Positions 8,256 to 20,163 of a stretch of DNA of 64,000 nt are shown here, in pieces; position 1 is the stretch's first letter, and the number at the start of each line of letters is the position of its first letter. The stretch comes from Acidobacteriota bacterium. Lineage in GTDB: Bacteria; Acidobacteriota; UBA6911; RPQK01; JAJDTT01. The notes under the pieces are model-generated. The model searched no databases. It was not told the origin of the DNA and saw nothing but the letters and a program-made list of their open reading frames with translations. The stretch lies in assembly GCA_965209055.1 (NCBI GenBank), contig OZ242374.1, forward strand, positions 5,600,001 through 5,664,000. The letters run 5' to 3'. The position numbers were made by a program, and so were the translations under genes.

Positions 8256-11200
8256 ATGCCGCGTCTGGATTCGCTGGAAATACTGGGTTTCAAGTCATTC
8301 GCCAACCGGACCCGCGTGTTGTTCGAAGACGGGATCACCATCGTCGTCGGACCCAACGGCTGCGGCAAGTCCAATCTGACCGACGCCCTCTCCTGGGTGC
8401 TTGGAATGGTCGGCGCCCACCGCATTCGCGGCCGGAGGATGGATGATTTCATCTTCAACGGGACCAGCAAGCGGCGTCCATCGGGAATGATGGAGGCCAC
8501 ACTGACCCTTTCCCGGGAAGAGGAGACGCCCATTGCCTTCAATGGTCTCGAAGCGGACGGGCCCACCGTTTCCATCGCCCGCAGGCTCTACCGGTCCGGC
8601 GACAGCGCCTATTTCATCAATGGAAGCCGCTGCCGATTGAAAGACGTCGAGGCTCTGGTGGAACGTATCGGCCTGGGGCTCGGTTCCTATGCCCTGATCC
8701 GCCAGGGCCGGGTGGAGCGGTTCCTCAACTCGGGATCTCTGGACCGCCGCGCCATCATCGAGGAAGCCGCGGGAATCGGAGGGTACAAGGCCCGCCGCCG
8801 GAATGCCGAACTCAAGCTGGAAATGGCTCGCCAGAACCTGCTTCGCATCGACGACATCCTGAGCGAGGTGGAGCGCCAGCTCCGGTCCCTCAAACGGCAG
8901 GCGGCCAAGGCCCGGCGGCACAAGGCGTTGAAGGAGGAGTTCCGGGATGTCCAGCAGCGGCGTTTCAGCTTCAAGGCGCACGAGATCGTCATCAGCCTTG
9001 CCGAAGTGGAAGCGGCACAGGCCCGCCTGGGGCCGGCACTGACCGAAGTGACCGCGGAGATCCGGAATCGGGAACGGATCCTCCAAGAGATCTCCGAACG
9101 AATGGAGGTTCTGGAAAACAGGCTCTCGGAGTTGAGAGAGGAAAGTACCGGCGCGCGGGTGAAACTTGACCGGACTCGGAATTCGATCCGCTTTTGCGGC
9201 CAGCAGATCGAATCGACACGACGGCTTTTGGACACACACGGCCGGAACCGGGACGAGTTGCTCAAGTCACTGGAAGCGGGCGAGTCGGAGGTCCGGAGCC
9301 TCCGGGCGGAAGACGCGGTTTTGAAGGAGCAACGGCCGCTGGTGCGCAGCCGCCTCACCCATCGCACCCAGGTGGCGGACGAATGCAAGGTTCGGCTGGA
9401 AGCAGCGGAGCGGAGAGTCGAGCATCTCCGAGCCCGCCATCTGGAACTCTCGGGCGAGCTGACCCGGTTGCGGAATGCCAGAGACCGGGCCTTCCAGCGC
9501 GTGGAATCGATCAAGACTCAACGGTCCCGGCTGGAACGGGAGCGGGCGGGACACGAATCGGGAATGAAGCAGGCTCGGGAACGGCTTCAGGAGCGGCAAC
9601 TGACCGGTTCCCGCCGCCGTGAGGAGGCGGGCGCAGTCCGGGACCGTCTGGAGACCAATGAGGAGGAACGGCGGAACCTGGAGAGAGAGCTGGCGCAAGT
9701 TCGGGATGAGCTGGCTGAGGCTCGTGAAGGATGGATCGCCGGGCGGGGACGGCTTCAATCCCTGGAGGAATTGGAAATCAGCCACTCGCTCTACAGCGAG
9801 GGAGTGGGCAAGGCCCTGCGGCATCTCCGCAACAGTTCGGTGCCCGTGTCGGGAACGTTGGCCGACTATGCCCGGATCAGCCCTGAATTCGAAAATCTGG
9901 TGGAACAGTTCCTGCAGCAGGAACTGGAGTTCGTACTGGTGGATTCCTTTCAACAGGCGGTGGGCGGTGTCTCCGAACTCAAGGCGCTGGACGGTGGACG
10001 ATGCACCTTCTTGAGCTTGAAGGCCAACGGGTTTTCGGAGCCGGTCCAAAACGGCGGTAAGGAACTCGCGGCCGAGGAGGGGGTGGTGGGGACCCTTGGG
10101 GATCTCCTGACCTTGGAGGCGCCGGTCCGCAAGGCGTTTCGCCGGGTCCTCCCCGAGCGGGCGGATGCGGTGGTGGTGTCCGATCTGGACAGTGCCTTTG
10201 CGCTGTCTCACCGCTATCCGTCGAGAACGTTTCTCACCGTCCAAGGCGAAGCCCTGGCGCCGGGTGGGCTGCTCTCGGTGAGCCGGGCCGGCCGGCCCGG
10301 AGGCGGCCTGCTCTCCTTTCGTCGGGAGAAGGCCGATCTGGAGAAGAACCTGGTCCGGGCGAAGGCCCGGGTGAACCGGCTGACCCGGCGCGAAGAGGAG
10401 CTGCGGGCACTCACCCGGGAGACGTTGAGGGCCGCCCGCAAGTTCCAGCAAACGCTTCATCAGACGGAGAAGGACGTTCTTCAACAGGAGTTGGAGGAGG
10501 AACAGGCCCGGCGCGACCTGGAGCATCATCGCCGAGCCTTGGAGGTCTTGGCATTCGAGGAGACCCAACTCCGAAAAGAGGAATCGAGCGAGCACGATGG
10601 CGCGCAGGCTGCGTCCAGGAACCTGACCGGCAAGGAGGATCTGGCCGGACAGTTCGATGCCGAGCTGGCTGAAGCGAAGGAGTTGGTGACACAGGCACGA
10701 AGCCAGTTCTCCGAATCGCGGGAGCGACTGCACCGGGCCGCCACGGAGGAAAGGGTAATCGAGGAAAAGGCCAGATCCGTCGAGGACTCCCTTTCCAGAT
10801 CTGAAAGCCGCCTGGAGTCTCTGGCGTTACGGCTCGACGAAACGGAGACTCAGAAGACGGACGGGGAGGAGCGGCTGAAGACATTGACCCTGGAACTGGA
10901 GGATCTGGAGAAAACCTTCGAGACCTGTCGAGCGGAGGCCGTTCGGCTGTCGAGCGCCGAAGCCAACGACCGGCAGGAGTATCAGGAATACCGGAGCGAC
11001 AGGCGAAGTCTCGAGACCCGGCTTCAGGAACTGCGGCAAAAACAGCAGCACCTTCAGGAGGAGGGTTCCGACAAGGAGGTCCGGAGGGCCCGATTGGAAA
11101 CCCACTTGGAGAATCTGGGCCGGCAATGCCGTGAAGACCTCCAGGAACCGCTCGAATCGATCATGGAGAAGGTGACTCCGGGTGAGGACGACGCCGGGAT

Positions 11201-11855
11201 CTCCGACCGTTACCGGGAACTCAGGTCCAGGCTGGAAAAATTCGGTCCGGTCAACATGACGGCCCTGGAACAGTATCAGGACAACGAGGAGCGGCACAGC
11301 TATCTCAGCCGTCAGAGGGAGGACCTGAACACGTCCATCGCCGATACGACCAGGGCGATCCAGGAAATCAACCGCCACAGCCGGGCGAAGTTCAAGAAGG
11401 CCTTCGACGCCGTCAACACCCACTTGCACGAGACCTTCCGCCAGTTGTTCGACGGCGGAACCAGTGGCATGAAACTGATCGACGAAGAGGACCTGCTGGA
11501 AAGCGGCATCGACCTCTTTGCACAACCGCCCGGCAAGAAGGTGCAGTACCTCTCTCAACTCTCGGGTGGAGAGCAGACGCTTACCGGCGTTGCTTTTCTG
11601 GTGGCTCTTTTCAGGTACCGTCCCAGCCGGTTCTGCGTCCTGGACGAAGTCGACGCCGCTCTGGACGACACCAACGTGGAGCGATTCGTGCGCCTGATCC
11701 GGGACATGTCCCACGACACCCAGTTCATCCTCGTGAGCCACAACAAGCGGACCATCGAAATGGCCGATTCACTCTACGGGGTCACGATGGAAGAACCCGG
11801 GATCTCCCAGGTGTTGGCGGTGCGCCTCACGGAAGCCAAAACCCTCGCCGAGTAG
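8256..11855 (+). CDS. smc: Chromosome segregation protein SMC
   Basis: GFKSF, Walker A GPNGCGKSN, long coiled coils with hinge, LSGGE signature and LDEVDAALD. Confidence 0.97.
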   Translation: MPRLDSLEILGFKSFANRTRVLFEDGITIVVGPNGCGKSNLTDALSWVLGMVGAHRIRGRRMDDFIFNGTSKRRPSGMMEATLTLSREEETPIAFNGLEADGPTVSIARRLYRSGDSAYFINGSRCRLKDVEALVERIGLGLGSYALIRQGRVERFLNSGSLDRRAIIEEAAGIGGYKARRRNAELKLEMARQNLLRIDDILSEVERQLRSLKRQAAKARRHKALKEEFRDVQQRRFSFKAHEIVISLAEVEAAQARLGPALTEVTAEIRNRERILQEISERMEVLENRLSELREESTGARVKLDRTRNSIRFCGQQIESTRRLLDTHGRNRDELLKSLEAGESEVRSLRAEDAVLKEQRPLVRSRLTHRTQVADECKVRLEAAERRVEHLRARHLELSGELTRLRNARDRAFQRVESIKTQRSRLERERAGHESGMKQARERLQERQLTGSRRREEAGAVRDRLETNEEERRNLERELAQVRDELAEAREGWIAGRGRLQSLEELEISHSLYSEGVGKALRHLRNSSVPVSGTLADYARISPEFENLVEQFLQQELEFVLVDSFQQAVGGVSELKALDGGRCTFLSLKANGFSEPVQNGGKELAAEEGVVGTLGDLLTLEAPVRKAFRRVLPERADAVVVSDLDSAFALSHRYPSRTFLTVQGEALAPGGLLSVSRAGRPGGGLLSFRREKADLEKNLVRAKARVNRLTRREEELRALTRETLRAARKFQQTLHQTEKDVLQQELEEEQARRDLEHHRRALEVLAFEETQLRKEESSEHDGAQAASRNLTGKEDLAGQFDAELAEAKELVTQARSQFSESRERLHRAATEERVIEEKARSVEDSLSRSESRLESLALRLDETETQKTDGEERLKTLTLELEDLEKTFETCRAEAVRLSSAEANDRQEYQEYRSDRRSLETRLQELRQKQQHLQEEGSDKEVRRARLETHLENLGRQCREDLQEPLESIMEKVTPGEDDAGISDRYRELRSRLEKFGPVNMTALEQYQDNEERHSYLSRQREDLNTSIADTTRAIQEINRHSRAKFKKAFDAVNTHLHETFRQLFDGGTSGMKLIDEEDLLESGIDLFAQPPGKKVQYLSQLSGGEQTLTGVAFLVALFRYRPSRFCVLDEVDAALDDTNVERFVRLIRDMSHDTQFILVSHNKRTIEMADSLYGVTMEEPGISQVLAVRLTEAKTLAE

Positions 11856-12032
11856 GAGGGCCGGTTTCCTACCGCCCACTGGGAGGGGGGACTGTCAGTT
11901 CCCCCTTCTTTTCATGCGTTGCTGCGTGATTTGGCCGTTGGAAAGTGTACAGGGGGAGCCCGTCCCCCTTACCCCCCTGAGCGGCGGTAGGAAAACCGCC
12001 TCCCAATTGGCGACAGGAAAGTCGCCGCTCCA
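11855..12032. repeat. Cluster of REP-like palindromes between convergent smc and the Fis-like gene
   Basis: Hairpins CACTGGGAGGGGGGACTGTCAGTTCCCCCT (11877-11906), GGCGGTAGGAAAACCGCC and GGCGACAGGAAAGTCGCCGCTCCA (12009-12032). Related copies occur near 47.0, 61.6 and 63.2 kb. Confidence 0.7.
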
Positions 12033-12033
12033 G

Positions 12034-12267
12034 TCACTTCTTTCTTCTGATCCGGTGCTTCCGGATCTTGGCCGCGAGAGTGTTCCGGTGCATGCCCATC
12101 ACCCGGGCCGCGGAACCGATTTTGCCGCCGGTCTGGTCCAGGGCCCGCAGAATGAAGAGCTTCTCGAATTGCTCCGCCGCCTCCTGCCAGAGGATCCCCT
12201 TGGCCACCAGTTCGTCGACGATCGCTTCCAGCCTGTCCTTGATGGGGATCTGATCGCCGCTGGCCAT
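12034..12267 (-). CDS. Fis-family HTH (HTH_8) protein
   Basis: FEKLFILRALDQTGGKIGSAARVMGMHRNTLAAKI. Confidence 0.85.
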   Translation of the reverse strand: MASGDQIPIKDRLEAIVDELVAKGILWQEAAEQFEKLFILRALDQTGGKIGSAARVMGMHRNTLAAKIRKHRIRRKK

Positions 12268-12332
12268 TGGTCATGCACGAACCGCGGGGGTCCGCCTTTG
12301 GGTTCTGCCGAAACGCGGCCGGGAAGATTTCT

Positions 12333-12884
12333 TCACGATTTCCTGTCGGCGCCCCGCTGTAGCCAGTACCGGTAGATTCGCTCGTACTCCATCTGAAACC
12401 GCTCCCGAAAGGACGGTGGAGCCGAGAGCTCCACGAGCTTCCGGGTCACCACGAGAAAGTACTCGCCTGTCACGGTGCCGCTCACAAGATCGTTCCTGAT
12501 GGGGAAGACGGTCAGGGCCAGAAAGATCACGGCCACGATCAACCATCCTCTGAGCAGACCGAAAACTCCTCCCAGGAGACGATCGATCCACTTCATGTTC
12601 AGAGCGGAAATGAAACGGTTCAGCAAGGATGCCAGTAGAGCCCCGGCAATGATGCAGCCCAGGAAGATGCCCACGAAGGCCAGGAGTTCCGACAGGAGCG
12701 TGCCGACCCCCATGCGTTCCAACAGCGGCGACACGGCGGCAAAGTAGTAGACGGCGAGCAGGAGGCCCGAAATCGCAGCCGCCAGGGCGATCAGCTCCCG
12801 GACCAGCCCCTTCACCAAGGCGGTGACGAACGAGATGGCCACGATGGCAAGGGCCAGGATATCCAGGATCTTGAGATCACCCAT
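12333..12884 (-). CDS. cvpA: CvpA family membrane protein
   Basis: LD...KGLVRE and DRLLGGVFGLLRG motifs; lies in the purC operon. Confidence 0.9.
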   Translation of the reverse strand: MGDLKILDILALAIVAISFVTALVKGLVRELIALAAAISGLLLAVYYFAAVSPLLERMGVGTLLSELLAFVGIFLGCIIAGALLASLLNRFISALNMKWIDRLLGGVFGLLRGWLIVAVIFLALTVFPIRNDLVSGTVTGEYFLVVTRKLVELSAPPSFRERFQMEYERIYRYWLQRGADRKS

Positions 12885-13770
12885 GGACCACCCTCTCGCG
12901 GCGTTCCTTCAGCCGATCCACTAATTCGGCGGGACTCCGGGGAACGTCTCCGAACGCGACCTGGGGTTTGACACGGCCGTGGAAATCGCTTCCCGAAGTG
13001 ACCACCAGATCCAACCGGCGAGCGATCTCCTCGTAGTATCGACAAGTCTCCCCGGTATGGTAGGAGCTGTACGCCTCGATGCCCTCCATTCCCATCTCCC
13101 TTGCGCTCCGTATCCAACGCTCGTCAACCACGCCGCTCTTCTGGCCCGGATGGGCCAGAACCGGAACTCCTCCCGCAGCCCGGACCGTCTCGATCGCTTG
13201 GGGAAGGGAAACCGTCTCTTTGGCGGCGAAAGCCGGGCCGCCGGGAAGAAAGAAGAACTTGTAGAAGTCGATCTCCGGGCTGAGCTTGCTGCCGGACGGG
13301 ATCTGTTGGACCAGGGCGTGGTTGCGGTTCGATGCCTTGGAAAGGACGACCGAGGCGATGGCGGGACCGGTCCCTGCAACCGGCCCCAGAGCTTCCCTCA
13401 CTTCTTCATAGCTGATGTCGAACCCGAGAGCCCGGAGCAGGCCGACCCGGGCCTCGTTCTGCCGGACCCGGCTCAGCCGGATGCGGGCCAGCAGGTCCAG
13501 AAGCGGGCGGTCGTGCCAGTCCACCAGAGGGGCAAGCAGATGGAATCCCATCCCCCGGTGCCGGACGCTGACCTCGACGTTGGCCAGGTACTCTCCCGGA
13601 AAGTCCTGGGCCAGGATGAACGCCTCCTCCAATGCAGCCACGGTATCGTGGTCCGAGATGGAGAAGACGTCGAGGCCGACCCTCCGGGCCTCGGCGAAGA
13701 TATCCGGTACGGTCCATTCCCCGTCGCTGGAATGACGGGAATGGATGTGAAGGTCGGCAAAAACCTTCAA
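12877..13770 (-). CDS. PHP-domain phosphoesterase (TrpH/Rnm-like)
   Basis: DLHIHSRHSSDG, SDHD, LAHP and GSDFHG motifs. Confidence 0.9.
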   Translation of the reverse strand: MKVFADLHIHSRHSSDGEWTVPDIFAEARRVGLDVFSISDHDTVAALEEAFILAQDFPGEYLANVEVSVRHRGMGFHLLAPLVDWHDRPLLDLLARIRLSRVRQNEARVGLLRALGFDISYEEVREALGPVAGTGPAIASVVLSKASNRNHALVQQIPSGSKLSPEIDFYKFFFLPGGPAFAAKETVSLPQAIETVRAAGGVPVLAHPGQKSGVVDERWIRSAREMGMEGIEAYSSYHTGETCRYYEEIARRLDLVVTSGSDFHGRVKPQVAFGDVPRSPAELVDRLKERRERVVHG

Positions 13771-14651
13771 TTTGTCTTCAGGTGCTCGCCGGTGAGCCGA
13801 AGAAACGCCTCAAGATAGCGATCCGAGGTGGCCGACGCAATGTCGTCCGGGAGCGTGGGACCCGGCGGGGTCTTGTCCCAATCCAGCGTCTCCAGGTAAT
13901 CCCGGACATATTGCTTGTCGAAGGAAGGTTGAGAACCTCCCGGCTGGTACGACTCCGCCGGCCAGAAGCGCGACGAATCGGGAGTCAGCACCTCGTCGAT
14001 GAGAAGCAGGTCGGAACCGTCGATGCCGAACTCGAACTTCGTGTCGCAAATGATGATGCCTCGTTCCAGGGCGTAGTCCCGGGCGCGGCTGTAGATGGCA
14101 AGACTCAGATCCCGAACCCGGCAGGCCAGTTCCTCACCGATGGTGTCGATGCACCTCTCGAACGTGATGTTCTCGTCGTGGCCCGTCTTGGCCTTGGTCG
14201 ACGGAGTGAAAATGGGCTCGGGGAGTTCGTCCGATTCGCCCAAGCCCGGGGGGAGCGGGATGCCGCAGATGGTGCCGTCGACCTGGTACTCTTTCCAGCC
14301 CGATCCCGCCATGAAGCCCCGCACCACGCACTCGACGGGCAGCGGATTGCACCGGCGAACCAGCATGGACCGGCCGCCGAGTTGCTCTTGGAAAGGATGC
14401 AGTTGGCGCGGAAACTCCCGTACCGAGATCGACACCATGTGATTGTCCACCAGGTCGCCCAACAAGGAGAACCAGAATGCGGAAAGCTGGTTCAGAACCT
14501 TCCCCTTGTTGGGAATCACGGTGGGAAGCACCACGTCGAATGCCGATATTCGGTCGGTCGCCACCAGCAGCAGCTGATTGTCCAAGCCGAAGATTTCGCG
14601 AACCTTGCCACGGTTCACTTTGGTTACGCCTTTGAGATCCAGGGTCCTCAT
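13767..14651 (-). CDS. purC: SAICAR synthetase (start 14651, or TTG at 14660)
   Basis: GKVREI, TDRISAFD, PVECVVRG, DTKFEFG, DEVLTPDSSRFW and DKQYVRDYL. Confidence 0.96.
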   Translation of the reverse strand: MRTLDLKGVTKVNRGKVREIFGLDNQLLLVATDRISAFDVVLPTVIPNKGKVLNQLSAFWFSLLGDLVDNHMVSISVREFPRQLHPFQEQLGGRSMLVRRCNPLPVECVVRGFMAGSGWKEYQVDGTICGIPLPPGLGESDELPEPIFTPSTKAKTGHDENITFERCIDTIGEELACRVRDLSLAIYSRARDYALERGIIICDTKFEFGIDGSDLLLIDEVLTPDSSRFWPAESYQPGGSQPSFDKQYVRDYLETLDWDKTPPGPTLPDDIASATSDRYLEAFLRLTGEHLKTN

Positions 14652-14862
14652 TTCAGCCAATGCCGTCTCTCCTTCAGGGGTTCGCGGCCTTGGGGGCCGC
14701 CGGTCAAAAGTTGCGTTCTGGGGTCGCGGCCGGACAGGCTTTGCCTCCCCGGCGAACACATTCTAGTCACAACTCGAGGTGCGTTCAAAGGGAACATTCA
14801 CCCATCGCTCCTTGAGATATTTCTCACATCAGGCGCGAATTTGACAATCGTGGGGCGCGCTC

Positions 14863-14892
14863 TTGACCAGCGAACGGCCGTCTTGCTATTAT
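14863..14892 (+). promoter_or_regulatory. Sigma70-type promoter of groESL
   Basis: TTGACC-N18-TATTAT with extended -10 TG, directly abutting the CIRCE element. Confidence 0.6.
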
Positions 14893-14919
14893 TTGGCACT
14901 CCTAAAGTAAGAGTGCCAG
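14893..14919. promoter_or_regulatory. CIRCE element (HrcA operator)
   Basis: TTGGCACTC-N9-GAGTGCCAG versus consensus TTAGCACTC-N9-GAGTGCTAA, upstream of groES. Confidence 0.9.
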
Positions 14920-15004
14920 AGTAATTCCCCAGACCATTGGGTCTCAAGTGGTTTGAGGCCCGAATTCCAAAAACAAAAATACAGGAGTCAACAGGAGGGT
15001 ACGG

Positions 15005-15295
15005 ATGTCAATCAAGCCATTGCAGGACCGGATACTGATCAGGCGCATCGAGGCGGAAGAAGCGTTCCGCGGGGGCATCGTCATTCCCGATACGGCGAAG
15101 GAGAAGCCTCAGGAGGGTGAGATTGTGGCGGTCGGCGACGGAAAGGTCCTCGACAACGGCCAGCGTCAACCCATGTCGGTCTCGGTTGGCGACCGGGTCC
15201 TTTTCGGGAAGTACGCCGGAACCGAGGTCACCCTGGACGACGAAGAATACCTGATCATGCGCGAGGACGAAGTCCTGGGCATCCTGGAGGGCTAG
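15005..15295 (+). CDS. groES: Co-chaperonin GroES
   Basis: [10 protein letters not shown]...[16 protein letters not shown]; strong AGGAGG RBS. Confidence 0.98.
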   Translation: MSIKPLQDRILIRRIEAEEAFRGGIVIPDTAKEKPQEGEIVAVGDGKVLDNGQRQPMSVSVGDRVLFGKYAGTEVTLDDEEYLIMREDEVLGILEG

Positions 15296-15350
15296 GTTGC
15301 CTGAACCGGTCTTAGTCGCCGCAGACAGCAACGATCCCCACAATTCTTAG

Positions 15351-17000
<1,650 letters not shown>

Positions 17001-17029
17001 TCCGCTGCAAACCAATTTGCGGATATCGG

Positions 17030-17063
17030 GAAAAGGGGTCCGTCCGGACCCCTTTTCTTTTTT
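17030..17063 (+). terminator. Rho-independent terminator of groESL
   Basis: GAAAAGGGGTCC-gtcc-GGACCCCTTTTC followed by a T run. Confidence 0.9.
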
Positions 17064-17087
17064 CCGCTGTTCCGACACCATTCCGCC

Positions 17088-18713
17088 GTGGGACAGCCAC
17101 GCCATCTCATCGCCTTCGTCCTGCTGGCCTGCTACCTGACCCTCTTCTTCCAGTTGGGCGATCTTCCCTTCATGGGGGCCGACGAGCCCCGCTACGCGCG
17201 CATCTCCGAAGAGATGCTCCTGGGCGCCGACTTCGTCACACCCAGACTGGAAGGGTCCCCATGGCTGGAGAAGCCGCCGCTTCTCTTCTGGGTCCAGGCC
17301 CTCAGCTTCCACTTCTGCGGAGTGAGCGAGGCGGCGGCGCGCCTTCCGGTGGCTCTGCTGGGCCTTCTCTGCGCGCTTGCCGCCGGAGGATTCGCCCGGC
17401 ACGTGGCAGGTTTCCGTGCCGGGGTCCTGTCCATTCTCATCCTCTCCACCTCCACCCTGTTCTTCATTTTCGCCCGGGCGGGTAGCACCGACATGCCGTT
17501 GACCGCCTGTCTCACCGTGGCCCTGGTCTGCGGGTATCGGGCCACCGGCAGCCGGAACCTCATCTGGTCATTGCTCTCCGGAACCGCCCTGGGAGCGGCC
17601 GCGCTGGCCAAGGGACCCATAGCCCTGATCCTGTTCGGCGGCATTTTCACGGTCTATTTCCTCTGGATCGAGAAGCTCGGGTGGCATTGGAGGCACCTGC
17701 TGGCGGGGACGGCGGCGTTCCTGGCGACGTCCGTTCCCTGGTACTGGAGCGTCTGGGCCGAAAACGGGTACTCCTTCTTCGTAACCTTCTGGCTCAATCA
17801 CCATCTGGCGCGGGTCATGTCGGATCTCCACCATCATTCGCAGCCGTTCTGGTACTACCTGGTGGTCCTGGCGGTGGGGTTTTTCCCCTGGACGCCCTTT
17901 CTCGCCGGTTCTTTCGCCCGCCTCTGGCGCTCGCGCACCGGCACCGGCCCGGACCACTCCCAGGTCTTCCTCTGGATCTGGGCGGCGCTGCCCGTGGTCT
18001 TCTTTTCCCTCAGCGAGAGCAAGCTGCCCGGCTACATCCTGCCGGTCGTTCCGGCACTCGCTCTGCTGGTGGCGCGGGAGTGGGACCGGGACCCGGCCGG
18101 TGAGACGGCGCCGGCAAGGTCACTGCGGATCCAATGGCTGGTCTTGCAGGGACTGGCGCTTCTGATGGCGGCAGCCATCGTCTACATGAGCCGGACCTTC
18201 TACGACTCCGACTCGGGGCTCTGGGTGGCGTTGCCGTTGGCCGCGGCCATCCTCTGGGGAACCCGCGAGTCACGCGCCGGACGGCCGGAGCGGGCCTTTC
18301 TCTCGCTGGTCGGCGGAATGGTGCTGGCGGCGGCCGCCGCCTTCTCGTTCCTGGGCCCGGTGGTGGAGAACTACCATTCGGCGCGGAGTCTGGCTCGGGC
18401 GTCCCAGCCCATGATCAGCGAGGACCGCCCCCTGGTCCTCTACCGCTATTTCCATCACACGGCGCTCTACTACACCGGCTACCAGGCGACGCGGGAAGAG
18501 GTCCCGAGCCTGGCGCACCTGCGGCACTACTCGTCCCAACACCCGCAGGCCGACTACTATCTGCTCACCAAGGAGTCGGGATGGAGAGATCTGGCGGTCC
18601 TGGAAGGATCCCGGTCGCTGCTCGAGGAGGGAAACCTGCGCCTGGTTCGGCTGCCCGGGGAGTCGTTGAACCAGGAACCACCCGGCTCTCCGGCAACGGA
18701 GGGCGAACGCTAG
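17088..18713 (+). CDS. ArnT-like GT-C glycosyltransferase (family 39/83)
   Basis: DEPRYARIS.EM, EKPPL.FW, ARLP, KGP and K...YILP motifs; many TM helices. Confidence 0.9.
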   Translation: MGQPRHLIAFVLLACYLTLFFQLGDLPFMGADEPRYARISEEMLLGADFVTPRLEGSPWLEKPPLLFWVQALSFHFCGVSEAAARLPVALLGLLCALAAGGFARHVAGFRAGVLSILILSTSTLFFIFARAGSTDMPLTACLTVALVCGYRATGSRNLIWSLLSGTALGAAALAKGPIALILFGGIFTVYFLWIEKLGWHWRHLLAGTAAFLATSVPWYWSVWAENGYSFFVTFWLNHHLARVMSDLHHHSQPFWYYLVVLAVGFFPWTPFLAGSFARLWRSRTGTGPDHSQVFLWIWAALPVVFFSLSESKLPGYILPVVPALALLVAREWDRDPAGETAPARSLRIQWLVLQGLALLMAAAIVYMSRTFYDSDSGLWVALPLAAAILWGTRESRAGRPERAFLSLVGGMVLAAAAAFSFLGPVVENYHSARSLARASQPMISEDRPLVLYRYFHHTALYYTGYQATREEVPSLAHLRHYSSQHPQADYYLLTKESGWRDLAVLEGSRSLLEEGNLRLVRLPGESLNQEPPGSPATEGER

Positions 18714-18765
18714 ACCTCGTTGCCTCGGTCCCGGTCTTGGACTAATATCTCGCTGCAATTTTCCC

Positions 18766-20163
18766 ATGGCACTACGTCTGTACAACACGTTGACCCGGAC
18801 CATTGATGAGGTCGTGCCGCTGGAGGGCCGGGACCTGCGGCTCTACGCCTGCGGCCCCACGGTCTACGACTTCGTCCACATCGGGAACTTCAGGACCTTC
18901 ACCTTCCAGGACCTGCTCCGCCGCTACCTTCTCTACAAGGGCTTCGGGCTCACCCACGTCATGAACATCACGGACGTGGACGACAAGATCATCAACGGCG
19001 CGGGGGCCCGGGGCGAACCGATCCAGGAGTACACCAAGCGCTATACCCAGGCCTTTCTGGAGGACATGAAAGCCTTGCGCCTCCAGCGCCCGGAGATCAT
19101 GCCCCGGGCGACCCGGCATATCGCGCAGATGGTCGACCTGATCGTGCGCCTGCGCCGGAAAGGCCTGACCTACGAGCAGGACGGGTCGACCTACTACCGT
19201 ATCGACGGGCTTCCCGCCTACGGAGGGCTCTCCCGTCTCGACCTGCATGAAGCGGAGCGGGGAGACGCCACCGACGCCGACGAATACAGCAAGGACAACC
19301 CCCGGGACTTCGTCCTCTGGAAGGCGAGAAAACCGGGAGAGGCCTATTGGGACACGGCCCTGGGGCCGGGCCGGCCCGGCTGGCACATCGAGTGTTCGGC
19401 CATGAGCATGGAGTACCTGGGAGAGTCCTTCGATCTGCACGCCGGCGGAGTGGACCTGGTCTTTCCGCACCACGAGAACGAGATCGCCCAGAGCGAGGGC
19501 GCCACCGGCAAACCCTTCGTCCGCCACTGGGTCCACAGCGCCCACCTGGTGGTGGAGGGAGAGAAGATGTCCAAGTCCCGTGGCAACTTCTACACCCTGC
19601 GGGATCTGCTGGGCCAGGGGTGGGATCCGCTGGCGGTCCGCTACCTTTTGCTGAGCGTCCACTACCGGAAGCAGCTCAACTTCAGCTTCCAGGGAATGAC
19701 CCAGGCGCAGTCGGCCTTGCAACGGGTCAACGACTTCATCCAGCGCATCCGCGAGGTTCCGGACGATGCGGAAGAAGACCGGGAGCTGACGGAGGCGGCC
19801 CGGCAAGCCGAACGGAACTTCGAGTCCAGTCTGGACGATGACCTCAATACGTCGGCCGCGCTGGCCGCCATCTTCGAGCTGGTCCGGAAGGGCAACCTGC
19901 TCCTGGAAAAGAACCAGGTCGGTGGGCCCGACCGGGACGCCGTCCTGGGCTTCTTCTCCAAGGTGAACGGGATCTTCGAGACCTTCCAGTTGGAGACCCT
20001 CGAGTTGGAGGACGATGAGGTCGCCCGGCTCATCCAGGAACGGACGGTGGCTCGCCAGACCCGGGACTACGCCCGGGCCGACCAGATCCGCAGCCTCCTG
20101 TCCGAGAAAGGGATCGTGCTGGAGGACACTCGAGAGGGGACCAGGTGGAAACGGGCGACCTGA
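18766..20163 (+). CDS. cysS: Cysteine--tRNA ligase
   Basis: CGPTVYD.VHIGN, GRPGWHIECSAM, FPHHENE and KMSKS. Confidence 0.98.
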   Translation: MALRLYNTLTRTIDEVVPLEGRDLRLYACGPTVYDFVHIGNFRTFTFQDLLRRYLLYKGFGLTHVMNITDVDDKIINGAGARGEPIQEYTKRYTQAFLEDMKALRLQRPEIMPRATRHIAQMVDLIVRLRRKGLTYEQDGSTYYRIDGLPAYGGLSRLDLHEAERGDATDADEYSKDNPRDFVLWKARKPGEAYWDTALGPGRPGWHIECSAMSMEYLGESFDLHAGGVDLVFPHHENEIAQSEGATGKPFVRHWVHSAHLVVEGEKMSKSRGNFYTLRDLLGQGWDPLAVRYLLLSVHYRKQLNFSFQGMTQAQSALQRVNDFIQRIREVPDDAEEDRELTEAARQAERNFESSLDDDLNTSAALAAIFELVRKGNLLLEKNQVGGPDRDAVLGFFSKVNGIFETFQLETLELEDDEVARLIQERTVARQTRDYARADQIRSLLSEKGIVLEDTREGTRWKRAT